Below, piece after piece: positions 19,180 through 30,226 of a stretch of 64,000 nucleotides of DNA. The notes below the pieces were generated by a model that did no database searches, had not been told where the DNA came from, and saw only the letters and a program-made list of their open reading frames with translations. Position 1 is the first letter of the stretch, and each line of letters begins with the position of its first letter. The position numbers and the translations under genes were made by a program. The stretch is from Candidatus Latescibacterota bacterium (lineage in GTDB: Bacteria; Latescibacterota; UBA2968; UBA8231): the NCBI GenBank assembly GCA_965203175.1, contig OZ241867.1, positions 1,440,001 through 1,504,000 on the forward strand, read 5' to 3'.

Positions 19180-21135
19180 ATGCTGAATTATCAGTCAGCT
19201 TTCCTCCTTGCGCTGTGTATTTTTGCGTTCGCTCCCTTAAAAACCGCCCACGCTGAATCTGACACCCCAAGACCGACAAAAATTCTCAAACCCTTTCCCG
19301 AGCCAGCCGCAATCATCGACCCGCCGTGGATGGTGCCCCGCCAGCAAGCCCAATTGGAGGCGTCCCAAGCCTACGAGGTCTTTTGCGACTTCTCCTTTAC
19401 CGACCAACTCAAAGCCAGCGGCATTGCGTTTCGCAATAGAGTGGTAGAGGATTCCGCCAAGGAGCATATCCCGGTTCACTACGATCATGGAAATGGACTA
19501 GCGGTGGGGGACGTGGATGGCGATGGCCTCTACGACCTCTATTTTACGACCCAAGTGGGAAGCAATCAGCTATGGCGCAATCTCGGCGGAGCGCGCTTTG
19601 AAAATTACACCACGCCGAGTTTGGAGTTAGCCGATAGGATCGGGGTGAGCGCGTCGTTTGGCGACATTGACAACGACGGCGATGTCGATCTGTACGCCAC
19701 GGCCGTGCGGTTGGGCAACCAGCTTTTGATCAACGACGGAACCGGCCGCTTCGAAGATATAACCGAGCATTCGGGCACGGGCTGGCAAGCGCACTCGTCG
19801 TCCGGCGAGTTCTTCGACTACAATAACGATGGCTTGCTGGATCTGTTTGTGACCAATGTGGGAATCTATACCAAAGATGAAAAGGGGACGGCAGCGGTCG
19901 ATCCGACGCGTTTGGAAGAGGGGGCGACCTATCAGTACTACCGAGGTTTCAAGGATGCCTTCTCCGGGCATTTGAAACCCGAGCGCGCCGAACAGAGTAC
20001 ACTGTTCAAGAACCTAGGGCAGCGGGTTTTCGCCGACGTCTCGCGCGAAGTGGGGTTGTTAGATTCAAGCTGGTCGGGCGATGCCAGTCCGGTGGATTTT
20101 AACGGGGACGGCTGGCAAGACCTCTACGTACTCAACATGCAGGGGCACGACGAATACTACGAGAATGTGGCAGGGCAGCATTTCGTTGAAAAGAGCCGCG
20201 AAGTGTTCCCCAAAACGCCGTGGGGTGCGATGGGGATCAAGGCCTTCGACTACGACAACGACGGTCGGCAGGATCTCTTCGTCTCCGATATGCACTCCGA
20301 TATGAGCCAGCCGGCAGGGCCTTGGGACGAAAAACTCAAGTCGTATATCCAATATCCAGACGATTTTTTGCGCAGCGAGGGATTAAGTATCTTCGGCAAT
20401 GCCTTTTATCACCACCTAGACGGGGGGCAGTTCGAAGAAATCTCCGACCTAATCGGTGCTGAAAATTATTGGCCGTGGGGATTGAGCAGCGGCGATCTCA
20501 ATGCCGATGGCTGGCAGGATGTGTTCGTGGCTTCGAGCATGAATTACCCCTTTCGCTACGGGGTCAACACCGTCTTGCTCAATGACCAAGGACGCGGCTT
20601 CCTCGACAGCGAGTTTGTGTTAGGAGTGGAGCCGCGACGCGACAATCGCACCGCGCAGCCGTGGTTTGCCCTCGACTGCGACGAGGCGGATTTAAAGCAC
20701 AAGCGCTGCGAGGGGCAGGAAGGGGGCTTGCTGGTGTACGGTGCTTTGGGGACGCGCTCGTCGGCGCTGTTCGATGTGGAGGGCGATGGCGACCTCGACA
20801 TTGTGACCAATGAGTTCAACGGGGTGCCGCTGGTCTTGCTCAGCGACCTGAGTCAGCGTCGGACGGTGCGCTATGTCGAAGTAGTACTGGTGGGAAAATC
20901 GTCGAATCGGGATGGGTTGGGCGCAGTGGTCGCGGTGGAGGCCGGCGATCAGGTATATACCCAAGTGCAGGATGGGCAGTCGGGGTATCTGTCGCAGAGC
21001 GTTTATGGACTCTACTTTGGCTTGGGAGAGGCAGCGGCGGTGGATCGCCTAACGGTGCGCTGGCCTTCAGGTCAGGAGCAGACCTTGGACGGCCCCATCC
21101 AGACCAACCAGCGACTCACCATAGAGGAACCTTAG
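19180..21135 (+). CDS. FG-GAP/ASPIC-UnbV (CRTAC1-like) protein
   Basis: Signal peptide; DVDGDG/DYDNDG repeats; SGYLSQS..YFGLG..RWPSG. Confidence 0.9.
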   Translation: MLNYQSAFLLALCIFAFAPLKTAHAESDTPRPTKILKPFPEPAAIIDPPWMVPRQQAQLEASQAYEVFCDFSFTDQLKASGIAFRNRVVEDSAKEHIPVHYDHGNGLAVGDVDGDGLYDLYFTTQVGSNQLWRNLGGARFENYTTPSLELADRIGVSASFGDIDNDGDVDLYATAVRLGNQLLINDGTGRFEDITEHSGTGWQAHSSSGEFFDYNNDGLLDLFVTNVGIYTKDEKGTAAVDPTRLEEGATYQYYRGFKDAFSGHLKPERAEQSTLFKNLGQRVFADVSREVGLLDSSWSGDASPVDFNGDGWQDLYVLNMQGHDEYYENVAGQHFVEKSREVFPKTPWGAMGIKAFDYDNDGRQDLFVSDMHSDMSQPAGPWDEKLKSYIQYPDDFLRSEGLSIFGNAFYHHLDGGQFEEISDLIGAENYWPWGLSSGDLNADGWQDVFVASSMNYPFRYGVNTVLLNDQGRGFLDSEFVLGVEPRRDNRTAQPWFALDCDEADLKHKRCEGQEGGLLVYGALGTRSSALFDVEGDGDLDIVTNEFNGVPLVLLSDLSQRRTVRYVEVVLVGKSSNRDGLGAVVAVEAGDQVYTQVQDGQSGYLSQSVYGLYFGLGEAAAVDRLTVRWPSGQEQTLDGPIQTNQRLTIEEP

Positions 21136-21220
21136 AAGCTTTCTTAGCAGCGGCTAGGTTAGAGCATCCCGCCTAGCCCTTCTCGCGCACGGTTACAATC
21201 TCTAAAAAAGAGCATTCAGT

Positions 21221-23755
21221 GTGGAAGAACGCGATCGGGACTTGGAGCAGTCTGAACAAAAGGCGCTCTTGGTCCTGTTCTTTTTTTCAGGGGTCAGCAG
21301 CTTAGTCTATCAGGTCGTGTGGGCGCGGATGCTGACCGTGGTCTTCGGCACCACCCTACTAGCTACTAGCACCGTACTCAGCGCCTTCATGGCTGGCCTA
21401 GCCTTGGGTAGCTATGTTTTGGGGCGGTATATCGACCGCTGCAAACACCCCCTGCGGATTTTTGCCGCGCTAGAAGTCGGCATCGGTCTTTTTGCCCTTT
21501 TCTTTCCCAGTATTAGTGCGAATTTGGGCAATGCCTACGGTGCTTTAGTGGGACTACAGGGGAACTTCTATCTCTTTTCCCTAGCCCGCTTCGGCCTTTG
21601 CTTTGCCTTGCTCCTGATCCCCACGGCACTGATGGGGGGCACCCTACCAGTCATGGCCAAATTTGCGGTGCGGCGGCTGGGCAGGTTAGGCGGTCGGGTC
21701 GGACAGCTCTATGCGATCAACACGCTGGGTGCGGTCGTCGGGGTGTTGGCGGCGACCTTCGGACTGATGGAAGGGCTGGGTTTGCAGGGGACGACGCAAG
21801 CCATCGCTGTGGTGAATTTCTTGGTCGCGGGCGCGGCTTGGCTGTGGGGGGGGCAACGAGCCGTCGGCGTCGCCGAAGAAATGCTGGCAAAAAAGACTGC
21901 GCATTCTGACCGCGTTTTGTGGGGCGTGCTGGCCGGCTTTGGTATCTCCGGTTTTGCCGCCCTAGGCTACGAAGTGGCGTGGATGCGGCTGTTGATGGTG
22001 AGTTTCTCCTTCAATTCACACTACGAGTTCAGTATTGTCTTGGTGGCCTTTTTGAGTGGACTGTCCTTGGGGGGATGGCTGGGCAGTCGGCTACTGACGC
22101 GACGGCCAGATTTGCTCTCGATTTTTATCGGTATCCAGTTTTTGATCGGCGCGTGCGGGGCCCTGTCCGTGTTGGCCTTTGCCCATTTATCCGTCCTCGT
22201 GGAGCCAATCCAACGGGCGGACTCGTGGTGGATGTCGAGGACGGGCGTGTTTTTTACGGCCGTCGCCATCATGTTGCTACCGACCGTGGCAATGGGGGTT
22301 ATCTTTCCGCTGGTCGGCCAAATCTACACGCGGCAACTGGCGCGTCTGGGGCGCGGCATCGGGGACATCGGCGCGGTCAACAGCTTGGGTGCGGTTGGGG
22401 GGGCCTTTGTGACGGGGTTTGTGCTGATTCCACTGCTGGGAACTGAGTGGAGCGTCAAGGTACTAGCCGCGTTGAATGGCTTGGTTGGCCTGACCCTCGC
22501 CTTGATTAGCCAGCAACGCAAGCGGCTGGTCTGGTGCGGGGCGGCGGGTTTGGCACTCCTGCTAGTCCTAGTGCCCTCGGATGTGCTGCGACGCATTGCG
22601 GAGCCGGTGGCTGTCAACCGGGAACTGGTGTTTTACCAAGAGGGAGCCGAAGGCGTCATCACCGTCGAACAACAAACCGATGGTTTCCGCAAAATGGCGC
22701 TCAATGGGGGCGGGCAGGTGCCTACCGACTACAGCTCGCTGCAAATTTTCCGCCTCCTGGGCCATTTGCCCCTGCTCCTGCATCCCGACCCGCAAGAGGT
22801 GTTGGTCGTCTCCTTGGGCGGCGGCATCGCCTTGGGGGGCGCAGCCCAGTACGAGCCGCGCCGCATTACTTGCGTTGAGTTGGTACCGGAAGTGATAGAC
22901 GCAGCCCGGTTGCACTTTGGCGAATTTAATCACCACGTGCTCGAGAATCCGACTGCGTGGAACATCGAATTAGTTATCGACGACGGTCGGAATTTTCTCC
23001 TCTCCAGCCGCGGCACCTATCAAATCATCACTGGGGACGCCACCCATCCAACAAGCGCCGATAGCTGGGTGCTCTACACAAAGGAATTTTACGAGTTGTG
23101 CCGGGCACACCTGAGTACCGACGGGATCATGGCTCAGTGGCTGCCCTTTCACGGCCTGCCACCAGACGACTACAAGACCATCGTGCGGACCTTTCAGCAC
23201 GTCTTTCCCCACGCCACCTTGTGGCGCTCGAACAACTACTCAATCATGGTGGGGACCATGCAGCCGCAGGCGATTGATTGGGAGCTGCTCAACGAGAAGA
23301 TGGCACCGCCGCGAGTGTATCGCAGCCTAGAAGACATAGATATGGGAAACGCATTTGCGCTCTTGAACAGCCTAGTGATAGACGAGGTCGCCCTGCGGCG
23401 CTATGTGGGAGAAGGTCCGCTCAACACCGACGACCATCCCTACATCAGCTTTGTCAGCCCGAAAGGCTACAGCAGCGGCTCGTGGGAGGTGTTAGAGGAT
23501 TTGGCTCCATACCGCACCTCGGCTCTGTCGCTGTTGACAGCACCCTCTGCTACAATACGGGAAACAATAGAGGCATATTCCAAGGCTGGCGAGCACGCGC
23601 TAGAGGGGGATATCATGCGGCTGCAAAACCGCGACCGGGCCGCAGTAAGAGCCTACCAGCGCGCGCTCCAGGTGAATCCCGCGGATAGATCATCGGCCTA
23701 TTTCCTCGAACTGCTGGCCGAGCAACTTATCCGGCGACCGCCCCAAGACGAATAG
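21221..23755 (+). CDS. Fused membrane domain / spermidine-synthase-like SAM-binding protein with C-terminal TPR
   Basis: SGVSSLVYQVVW, LMGGTLP and LYAINTLG membrane repeats; LGGG, VELVPEV, DDGRNFL, LYTKEFY and NTDDHP motifs. Confidence 0.9.
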   Translation: MEERDRDLEQSEQKALLVLFFFSGVSSLVYQVVWARMLTVVFGTTLLATSTVLSAFMAGLALGSYVLGRYIDRCKHPLRIFAALEVGIGLFALFFPSISANLGNAYGALVGLQGNFYLFSLARFGLCFALLLIPTALMGGTLPVMAKFAVRRLGRLGGRVGQLYAINTLGAVVGVLAATFGLMEGLGLQGTTQAIAVVNFLVAGAAWLWGGQRAVGVAEEMLAKKTAHSDRVLWGVLAGFGISGFAALGYEVAWMRLLMVSFSFNSHYEFSIVLVAFLSGLSLGGWLGSRLLTRRPDLLSIFIGIQFLIGACGALSVLAFAHLSVLVEPIQRADSWWMSRTGVFFTAVAIMLLPTVAMGVIFPLVGQIYTRQLARLGRGIGDIGAVNSLGAVGGAFVTGFVLIPLLGTEWSVKVLAALNGLVGLTLALISQQRKRLVWCGAAGLALLLVLVPSDVLRRIAEPVAVNRELVFYQEGAEGVITVEQQTDGFRKMALNGGGQVPTDYSSLQIFRLLGHLPLLLHPDPQEVLVVSLGGGIALGGAAQYEPRRITCVELVPEVIDAARLHFGEFNHHVLENPTAWNIELVIDDGRNFLLSSRGTYQIITGDATHPTSADSWVLYTKEFYELCRAHLSTDGIMAQWLPFHGLPPDDYKTIVRTFQHVFPHATLWRSNNYSIMVGTMQPQAIDWELLNEKMAPPRVYRSLEDIDMGNAFALLNSLVIDEVALRRYVGEGPLNTDDHPYISFVSPKGYSSGSWEVLEDLAPYRTSALSLLTAPSATIRETIEAYSKAGEHALEGDIMRLQNRDRAAVRAYQRALQVNPADRSSAYFLELLAEQLIRRPPQDE

Positions 23756-23760
23756 GGTCT

Positions 23761-25710
23761 ATGAGTCAATTCATCGCCAGCGATAAAAGATGGGTGCCAT
23801 ATCGGGCCTTGCTCGTCGGCGCGTTGATGGCCGTGGTGATCAACACGGTTTTTCCCTATGGCCTCTTGGTGATGGGGACTCTCGATTGGACCGGGGATTT
23901 CATCGCCCTCAGCGCGATTTTCCTCCTCTTTCTCCTCCTGTTAGTCAACATTCCGCTCAAGTGGGTCGGACGCAAATGGAGCTTATCGGCCCAAGAGCTA
24001 GTGGTGATCTACGCCATGATGGTCGCAGCTTCGGCTATTCCCTCCACCGGGGTCACGGCGCAATTGGTGCCCTTTTTGGCCGGAGTCTATTACTATGCCA
24101 CGCCTGAGAACAATTGGGCCGAACTGCTCCATCCCCATATCCAGCCGTGGCTAGCCCCTCAAGACCCGATAGCAGTCAAGTACTTCTACGAAGGGCTGCC
24201 CCAAGAGGTGGCTATCCCCTGGGAAGCGTGGTTGGTGCCCCTGTTGGCGTGGGCTTCTTTTTTGGGCGCGCTCTATTTGATGATGATCGCCCTGTCGGCT
24301 CTGCTCCACGAACAATGGGCCCGCAACGAGCGCTTGATCTTTCCCCTCGTCCAGTTGCCGCTGTACATGATCCACGAGGACGACAGACCTTCAGCAGTCA
24401 ACCCCTTTCTGAAGGAACCGCTGATGTGGTTGGGATTTGCCATTCCCTTCGTCCTCTTGGGGATCAATGCCCTGCACAAGTACTATCCCTTTATTTCTCC
24501 CATCGAGTTGTCAACCCAATTGGCCATCTTCCACGACATGCGGGGCGTCTTGTTCAACTTGTGGTTTATCGTCCTTGGCCTGACGTACTTCTTGAGTCTG
24601 GAAATTTCCTTTAGTCTGTGGTTTTTCTACTTGCTCAACTTCTTCCAGTTGGGCCTTTTCAACACCCTCGGGTTCAGCATTGCAGAAATTCGGCTGATGC
24701 ACACCGAAGGGTCTATCGCCACCGCCCAGCAGGCCATGGGGGCGTTGATTGCCCTCGTGGCGGCCAGTTTGTGGACCGCCCGGCGGCACCTCAAAGAGAT
24801 TGCCATCGGAGCGTGGAAAAAGAAGGAACCGGAAGAGGAGGCGGGGCAGATGCTCTCCTATCGCAAGGCCGTATGGCTCCTAATCGGGGCCTTCCTCTAC
24901 GCGGTTATATGGTTGAAAAGCGCGGGATTGCCCGTGGGGGCGGCGCTGCTGTTGCTCGTTATCGCCTTTGTGGTATTCGTCGGTTTGACGCGGATCGTCG
25001 CCGAAGGGGGCATGGGGTATGGCCGGGCGCAGATGACGCCAACAGCCTTTGCGATCAACGCACTGGGCACGGCACCCATTGGGCCGCGAGGCATGATGGT
25101 ACTCGGGTTTGCCAATGGCTGGGCCGGGGATATCCGCACGACCATTATGGCGGCGGCTTCCAACAGCACCCGGCTGGCCGAGGTCGTCGGGACGCGCCGG
25201 CCGCCGCTTTTTTGGGCTTTGCTCATAGCGATCGCCGTGAGTTTGGTCGCCTCAGCTTGGACAGTACTGTCCATCGCCTACACCTACGGCGGGGTCAATC
25301 TCCACTACTGGTTTTACAGCATTATGGGCCGCTGGACGTTTAACGATATGGCGGCGAATCAGCTCAATCCGGTGGCTGAGTGGAATTTCTGGGGCCCACG
25401 GGGCGCGTTCACCGGCTTGGGGGCTGGGCTGATGTTTCTGTTGTTGTACCTGCGCCACCGCTTCTTGTGGTGGCCCATCCACCCGATCGGCCTGCCGGTG
25501 GGGGGGACCTATGTGATGTTTTTCGCTTGGTCGAGTATGGCACTGGGCTGGCTGGCAAAGTGGATCGTCTTGAAGTACGGCGGAGTTCCTCTCTTTCGCC
25601 GCCTGCGGCCCTTTTTTCTCGGCATGGTATTGGGCCAAGTCAGCAGTGCGGGTCTGTGGATGGCGGTGGACCTGATCGCGGGGTGGGATGCCGTGGTGAC
25701 GCGATGGTAG
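23761..25710 (+). CDS. DUF6785/DUF6784-like polytopic membrane protein
   Basis: EQWARNERLIFPL, TRIVAEGG, WWPIHPIG and PFFLGMVLG motifs. Confidence 0.8.
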   Translation: MSQFIASDKRWVPYRALLVGALMAVVINTVFPYGLLVMGTLDWTGDFIALSAIFLLFLLLLVNIPLKWVGRKWSLSAQELVVIYAMMVAASAIPSTGVTAQLVPFLAGVYYYATPENNWAELLHPHIQPWLAPQDPIAVKYFYEGLPQEVAIPWEAWLVPLLAWASFLGALYLMMIALSALLHEQWARNERLIFPLVQLPLYMIHEDDRPSAVNPFLKEPLMWLGFAIPFVLLGINALHKYYPFISPIELSTQLAIFHDMRGVLFNLWFIVLGLTYFLSLEISFSLWFFYLLNFFQLGLFNTLGFSIAEIRLMHTEGSIATAQQAMGALIALVAASLWTARRHLKEIAIGAWKKKEPEEEAGQMLSYRKAVWLLIGAFLYAVIWLKSAGLPVGAALLLLVIAFVVFVGLTRIVAEGGMGYGRAQMTPTAFAINALGTAPIGPRGMMVLGFANGWAGDIRTTIMAAASNSTRLAEVVGTRRPPLFWALLIAIAVSLVASAWTVLSIAYTYGGVNLHYWFYSIMGRWTFNDMAANQLNPVAEWNFWGPRGAFTGLGAGLMFLLLYLRHRFLWWPIHPIGLPVGGTYVMFFAWSSMALGWLAKWIVLKYGGVPLFRRLRPFFLGMVLGQVSSAGLWMAVDLIAGWDAVVTRW

Positions 25711-25748
25711 CTCATTCGGCCAGCTCCTACATTCCCAATTCCTAATTC

Positions 25749-27392
25749 CTAATCAGCAGGCTCGCGCACGGTCAGCACTTGATTGGCCGCCACATCGCGC
25801 AGCGTCTGGACTGTGCCACTGGGCCAGTGGAGGACGATGCTTTCGACGCTGGAGGCAGAACCCAAGCCAAAGTGTACCTTGAGATCGCTGTGGGAGAGAA
25901 AGCTGGTGCCACTGCGCACCTCGGCGATCTGGCGCTTCCCCTCGGCGCTTATTTCGATCCGGGTGCCGATTCCATCGCGGTTGCTGCGGGTGCCTACGGT
26001 GGCGATTTGCAAGTAGTTGCCCTCGTTGCCGCCATCATTGCGCAGGAGATTGGGAGTGCTATTGAGGTTTAATACGAAGATATCGATATCGCCGTCGCGG
26101 TCGTAGTCGGCAAAGCTGGCACCTCGGCTCACCTCGACTAAGGCAAAGCCCGGCCCGGCGCGTTCGGATACTTCGGCAAAGGTGCCGTCGCCCAAGTTTT
26201 GATAGAGGAAGTTAGGCTCGGCATAGCTGCTGTTGGTATGGGGTAAGTCGGCTTGGGGATAGGTGTGGCCATTGGCCGCAAAGAGGTCTTGATCGCCGTC
26301 GTTGTCAAAGTCGAAAAACCCCGTGCCCCATCCCACCTCGGGAATGCCCCGCGCCGCAACGCGGGATACGAAGGATACGTCGAGAAAAAATGCCCCGCGC
26401 TGATTTTTGTACAGGGTATTGTACTCGCCTTCAAAGTTGGTGACAAAGATATCGAAGTACCCGTCATTGTCGTAATCGCCGACCGCAGCACCCATGCACC
26501 CCTGTTCGGTGCCGTCGCCGCTATAGGCCACGCCCGCGCTGAGGCCCTCGTCCACAAAGGTGCCGTCGCCTTGGTTCTGGTACAGATTGTTGGGAGCCGA
26601 GTCGTTGGCGACGAAAATATCGGGCCAGCCGTCGCGGTTCAAATCGCCGAAGACGACCCCGTACCCATAGTACTTTGCACCGGCGATGCCGGCTTCCTCG
26701 CTGCGGTCGGCCAAGGTGCCGTCACCGTTGTTGCGGTAGAATACATCGCCGGCGGGGAGCAAGCCACGCGGACCGCAAAAAATATCGACGTTCTTCCATA
26801 CGCAGGGAACGGTAGAAGTATAGTCCCGCGAAAAGTCGATATAATTGGCCACGTATAGATCGACATCGCCGTCTAGATCAGTATCGCCGAAAGCGCAGCC
26901 GACGCCCCATCTTTCGTCTCCGCCACCCGCTTTTTCAGTAACATCCGCAAACGTGCCATCGCCCCGATTCTGGTAGAAGGTATTGCGGCCGAAATTGGTC
27001 ACATACAGGTCCAGATCGCCATCGTTGTCGTAGTCCGCAGCAGCACACCCCATGGACCAACTCGTGTCACCCACCCCAGCAGCGGTAGTGACGTCGACAA
27101 AACGATCCCCGTGGTTGCGGTAGAGGTAGTTAGTCGGCTTCTGGCCCGGTGGAAAGCCTTCAAAGCGGGAGCCATTGGCCACGTATAAATCGACGTCGCC
27201 GTCGCTGTCATAGTCGAAAAAGGCCGTGCCCCCCACAGCGGTTTCAACGATGTACTCTTGGGTGCTGCCCGAGACGTTCCGTGCAGTAATGCCGAGTGCG
27301 GCGGCTTGGTCGGTGAACTGAGTAGGCAGAGGTTGGGCTGCTAAGAGGGCCGTACACAGGAGGATGAAGACCCCGCTTACTAGCGCGTGCAT
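25749..27392 (-). CDS. FG-GAP/ASPIC-UnbV (CRTAC1-like) protein
   Basis: DYDNDGD repeats; SGTSFLSHSDLKVHFGLG..WPSG. Confidence 0.9.
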   Translation of the reverse strand: MHALVSGVFILLCTALLAAQPLPTQFTDQAAALGITARNVSGSTQEYIVETAVGGTAFFDYDSDGDVDLYVANGSRFEGFPPGQKPTNYLYRNHGDRFVDVTTAAGVGDTSWSMGCAAADYDNDGDLDLYVTNFGRNTFYQNRGDGTFADVTEKAGGGDERWGVGCAFGDTDLDGDVDLYVANYIDFSRDYTSTVPCVWKNVDIFCGPRGLLPAGDVFYRNNGDGTLADRSEEAGIAGAKYYGYGVVFGDLNRDGWPDIFVANDSAPNNLYQNQGDGTFVDEGLSAGVAYSGDGTEQGCMGAAVGDYDNDGYFDIFVTNFEGEYNTLYKNQRGAFFLDVSFVSRVAARGIPEVGWGTGFFDFDNDGDQDLFAANGHTYPQADLPHTNSSYAEPNFLYQNLGDGTFAEVSERAGPGFALVEVSRGASFADYDRDGDIDIFVLNLNSTPNLLRNDGGNEGNYLQIATVGTRSNRDGIGTRIEISAEGKRQIAEVRSGTSFLSHSDLKVHFGLGSASSVESIVLHWPSGTVQTLRDVAANQVLTVREPAD

Positions 27393-27439
27393 CGCTTTTG
27401 CTGCGAAACCAAAGACGAGGACAGGGTGAACGTCATACT

Positions 27440-29146
27440 TTAGGGTGCGGAAATTTTTTCAGAAAAAAACTGGAGATCGAAATAGTTCAAGGACCCATCG
27501 TCCACTTCCACGGTGGGTTGTAGAGCACCACCCCGGTACTGGGTGAGAAAAATATAGGACTTGTACCCCCGGTCTGAAAGACGTTGCAACAGGCGCTCGT
27601 AGTGTCCGGGAGTGGCAACATAAAAGAAAGGTCTTTGGTAAAATTCGCCACAGAGGGCGTGGGGAACCCAGCGCTGGTTGGTGATGACGACCTCTTCGCT
27701 GCGCTGGCGCATCTCGATATTGAGGCGATAGGAGAACGCTTTCTTCTCCGCGAGAATCGAAACTCCATACACCTGGGCAGCAAAGCTAAGCACCAGCACA
27801 GCACCCACCACGAGGACACCTCCGCTGAAGTAGGACCGCTGGCGGTCTAGCCAGTCCAGCAAGTTTCCAGCCGCTAAGACTGCAAAGAGCGGGTAGAGGA
27901 TCAGAAAGTAGCGGTTGCCCCAGTGGATGCCCATGGACCCCACCTTCGGCGCGGCCAAGGCGTAGAGTGCGGCAAAGCTCAAGGCGACCAGCCAAATCCA
28001 GTGTTTAAAAGCAGACGTTTCAGAATCGGCTGAACGCAAAAAGGCTAGGGCTACAAAGGGAGCCGAAGCAAAGAGGGCGTTGGACGATTTGAGCATGTAG
28101 TCGATGGGACTCGCAGAAAAGAAATAGCCCCCGAGAGACAAACCGGCGCTTATCAGGGCCACGGCACTGTACGCGGGCACGGCCTTTTGCAAAGCCGGGG
28201 GCGCAAAGCGCGGGCTGAGTACAAAGGCGAGGACGAACGGCAGGGCGAGGACGAGGGACAGCGAGGGGATCGGGTTGGACGCTATGAAGAGGTTGTAAAA
28301 CACCCGCGGCCGCGCCGCGAGATGGTGGATCCAGTCGGCAGCAATGGCTAGATGCGTATTCAAATGGTAACCAAACGGATGGCCGATGGTCAGCCATTGG
28401 AAGAGCCAGAGCGGCAGGAGGGAAACCAAGAGGATCAGGGCTGACGAGACGAGGATTTTTAATCTGCCGGTACTAGCATAAAAAGCGGTACATAGGGCCA
28501 GTATTAGGCAAAGCAAATAAAACTCGTCCCTGAAATAGACCGATAGCCCGGCCGCGGCCATGCCCAAGCATAGGTGCTTGGGGGCGGAGTCTGCGAGGAA
28601 CTGCAACAGATAGCGCACACTCCAAATTCCCAAGCAAATCGCCGGGGTGTGTTCCCAGAAGACGAGACTATAGAAGAACACCGGCGTACAGAGTCCAGTC
28701 GTGAGGACGGAGACATGCCCGACCGCAATTCGCTGGGATACCAAACTCGCCAGTTGGGCCAAGCCAGCCAGCATGGCCAGTGAGGAAAGCGCCGGTAACA
28801 GATAAAGGCCCCAAGGACCTAAATAGTCAAAGAACAAGGCGGAGATAAGGGCAAAGACCGGCGAGAAAACAGAGTAAAGTTTGCCGGACTCGACGCGCGT
28901 GAAATAGTAGGGCAGGGGATTGTAGACAAAGTCCGGATCGACGATCTGCCCCGGCCAAGGGATGGAAAAGTCTGCGTAGCGACTGTTAGCTAAGGCTTGG
29001 ACTTGGAGGAATTTGTTGGCGTTATCGGTAATCCAAAAGCCGCGTTTTTCGAGGGCGCAGAGGACGGCGAAATAGCAGATTGCGATGGCAAGTAGAGAGC
29101 ACAGGACCGATCTACCGGGATGGAATCGGCGGAAGAAGACGACCAT
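27440..29146 (-). CDS. GT-C-like (PMT/ArnT-type) membrane glycosyltransferase, putative
   Basis: About 13 TM segments, a first loop containing TDNANK, plus YSLVFWEHT and HWGNRYFL motifs. Confidence 0.6.
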   Translation of the reverse strand: MVVFFRRFHPGRSVLCSLLAIAICYFAVLCALEKRGFWITDNANKFLQVQALANSRYADFSIPWPGQIVDPDFVYNPLPYYFTRVESGKLYSVFSPVFALISALFFDYLGPWGLYLLPALSSLAMLAGLAQLASLVSQRIAVGHVSVLTTGLCTPVFFYSLVFWEHTPAICLGIWSVRYLLQFLADSAPKHLCLGMAAAGLSVYFRDEFYLLCLILALCTAFYASTGRLKILVSSALILLVSLLPLWLFQWLTIGHPFGYHLNTHLAIAADWIHHLAARPRVFYNLFIASNPIPSLSLVLALPFVLAFVLSPRFAPPALQKAVPAYSAVALISAGLSLGGYFFSASPIDYMLKSSNALFASAPFVALAFLRSADSETSAFKHWIWLVALSFAALYALAAPKVGSMGIHWGNRYFLILYPLFAVLAAGNLLDWLDRQRSYFSGGVLVVGAVLVLSFAAQVYGVSILAEKKAFSYRLNIEMRQRSEEVVITNQRWVPHALCGEFYQRPFFYVATPGHYERLLQRLSDRGYKSYIFLTQYRGGALQPTVEVDDGSLNYFDLQFFSEKISAP

Positions 29147-29191
29147 GTATGGAATGCAGCGGAATTTAGCGGTGCGGTCAGAGAAGACGTT

Positions 29192-30226
29192 TTAGGGCGC
29201 ACTAGCCGACAAATTGTCGAAGACGATGAACTGATGCTCGGCCAGCCCCAGTTGCTCGGCTAGTTCATAACCAGCACTCATAGGCAGCGAAGGGTTCAAT
29301 TCCACAATCATCAAGTCCCGCTCCCCAGTGCCGATCTGGCCCAACTGGGCCAGTCCATCCAAGTTGCTCAGCAGGGCATTGCCGCCAACGTAGAGGCTTT
29401 TACCCACTTGCCTGAGATTATCCAACCCATCCAAGTTTTGCAGGACTTGGTTGCGGTTTATGCTCAAAGCACCTCCGATCTCCGTCAGAGCGTTCAACCC
29501 TTCCAAGCTCCTGAGGACGGGATGCTCATCAATGGCCAACCCACCCTTAACAGTCGCAATCCCGTTCAAACCCCGCAGGTCTTTGAGCGCACCATTGAAT
29601 ATGAGCAGCAAATCCCCTTCTACCACTGAGAGACTGCCCAGCCCCTTTAGATCTCGCAGGGCCTTGTTATCCCTGATTTTGATGCTACCCCCCACGTGAG
29701 TCAGCCCGCTCAGACCATCTATGTTAATCAACTCGGTCGTGGCATCGACAAAGAGATGGCCATCGACGCGCCTGAGCGCTTTAAGCCCATCCAAATCCCG
29801 CAGCGAAAAATTGCAGCTAATCTCGAAATTTCCCCCCACGCGTTCTAGCTGTTCTAACCCTTGCAGTGCAATCAATCCATTGGCGAGAATATAGAAATTT
29901 CCTTCTACATAGCTGAGATTGTGCAATCCCTTCAGGTCGGTCAGTGCCCCATTATTCCGAATTGCGAAATCTCCCTCTACTCCGACCAGATTGCGCAGCG
30001 CCTCCATGCTGCTCAAGTACGCATCCTCTAATAAAAAATCCCCCTGCACCACAAAGGCTCTCTTCTGCGCCCTCGCCCAAGCATCTAACTCCTCCTGCGA
30101 CTCAATAACTATCGCCCCAGTCCCGCCAACCGCCAGCAGCTCTTCAGCCTCCCCCTGACAGCCGATCCAAAGGGTGGCTCCCAGGACAGACGCGCCAAAA
30201 CCCCATCTCCAACTAGCCATACTCAT
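29192..30226 (-). CDS. Receptor-L-domain/LRR-like solenoid lipoprotein
   Basis: About 10 repeats of 24 aa, LxGLxxLxxVGGxLxIxxNxxL; WIGC lipobox-like motif. Confidence 0.85.
   Translation of the reverse strand: MSMASWRWGFGASVLGATLWIGCQGEAEELLAVGGTGAIVIESQEELDAWARAQKRAFVVQGDFLLEDAYLSSMEALRNLVGVEGDFAIRNNGALTDLKGLHNLSYVEGNFYILANGLIALQGLEQLERVGGNFEISCNFSLRDLDGLKALRRVDGHLFVDATTELINIDGLSGLTHVGGSIKIRDNKALRDLKGLGSLSVVEGDLLLIFNGALKDLRGLNGIATVKGGLAIDEHPVLRSLEGLNALTEIGGALSINRNQVLQNLDGLDNLRQVGKSLYVGGNALLSNLDGLAQLGQIGTGERDLMIVELNPSLPMSAGYELAEQLGLAEHQFIVFDNLSASAP

Noticed and set aside
21221-23755. Canonical speE spermidine synthase
   Set aside because: It is a membrane-fused variant with no speD nearby and uncertain activity, so no gene symbol is given.
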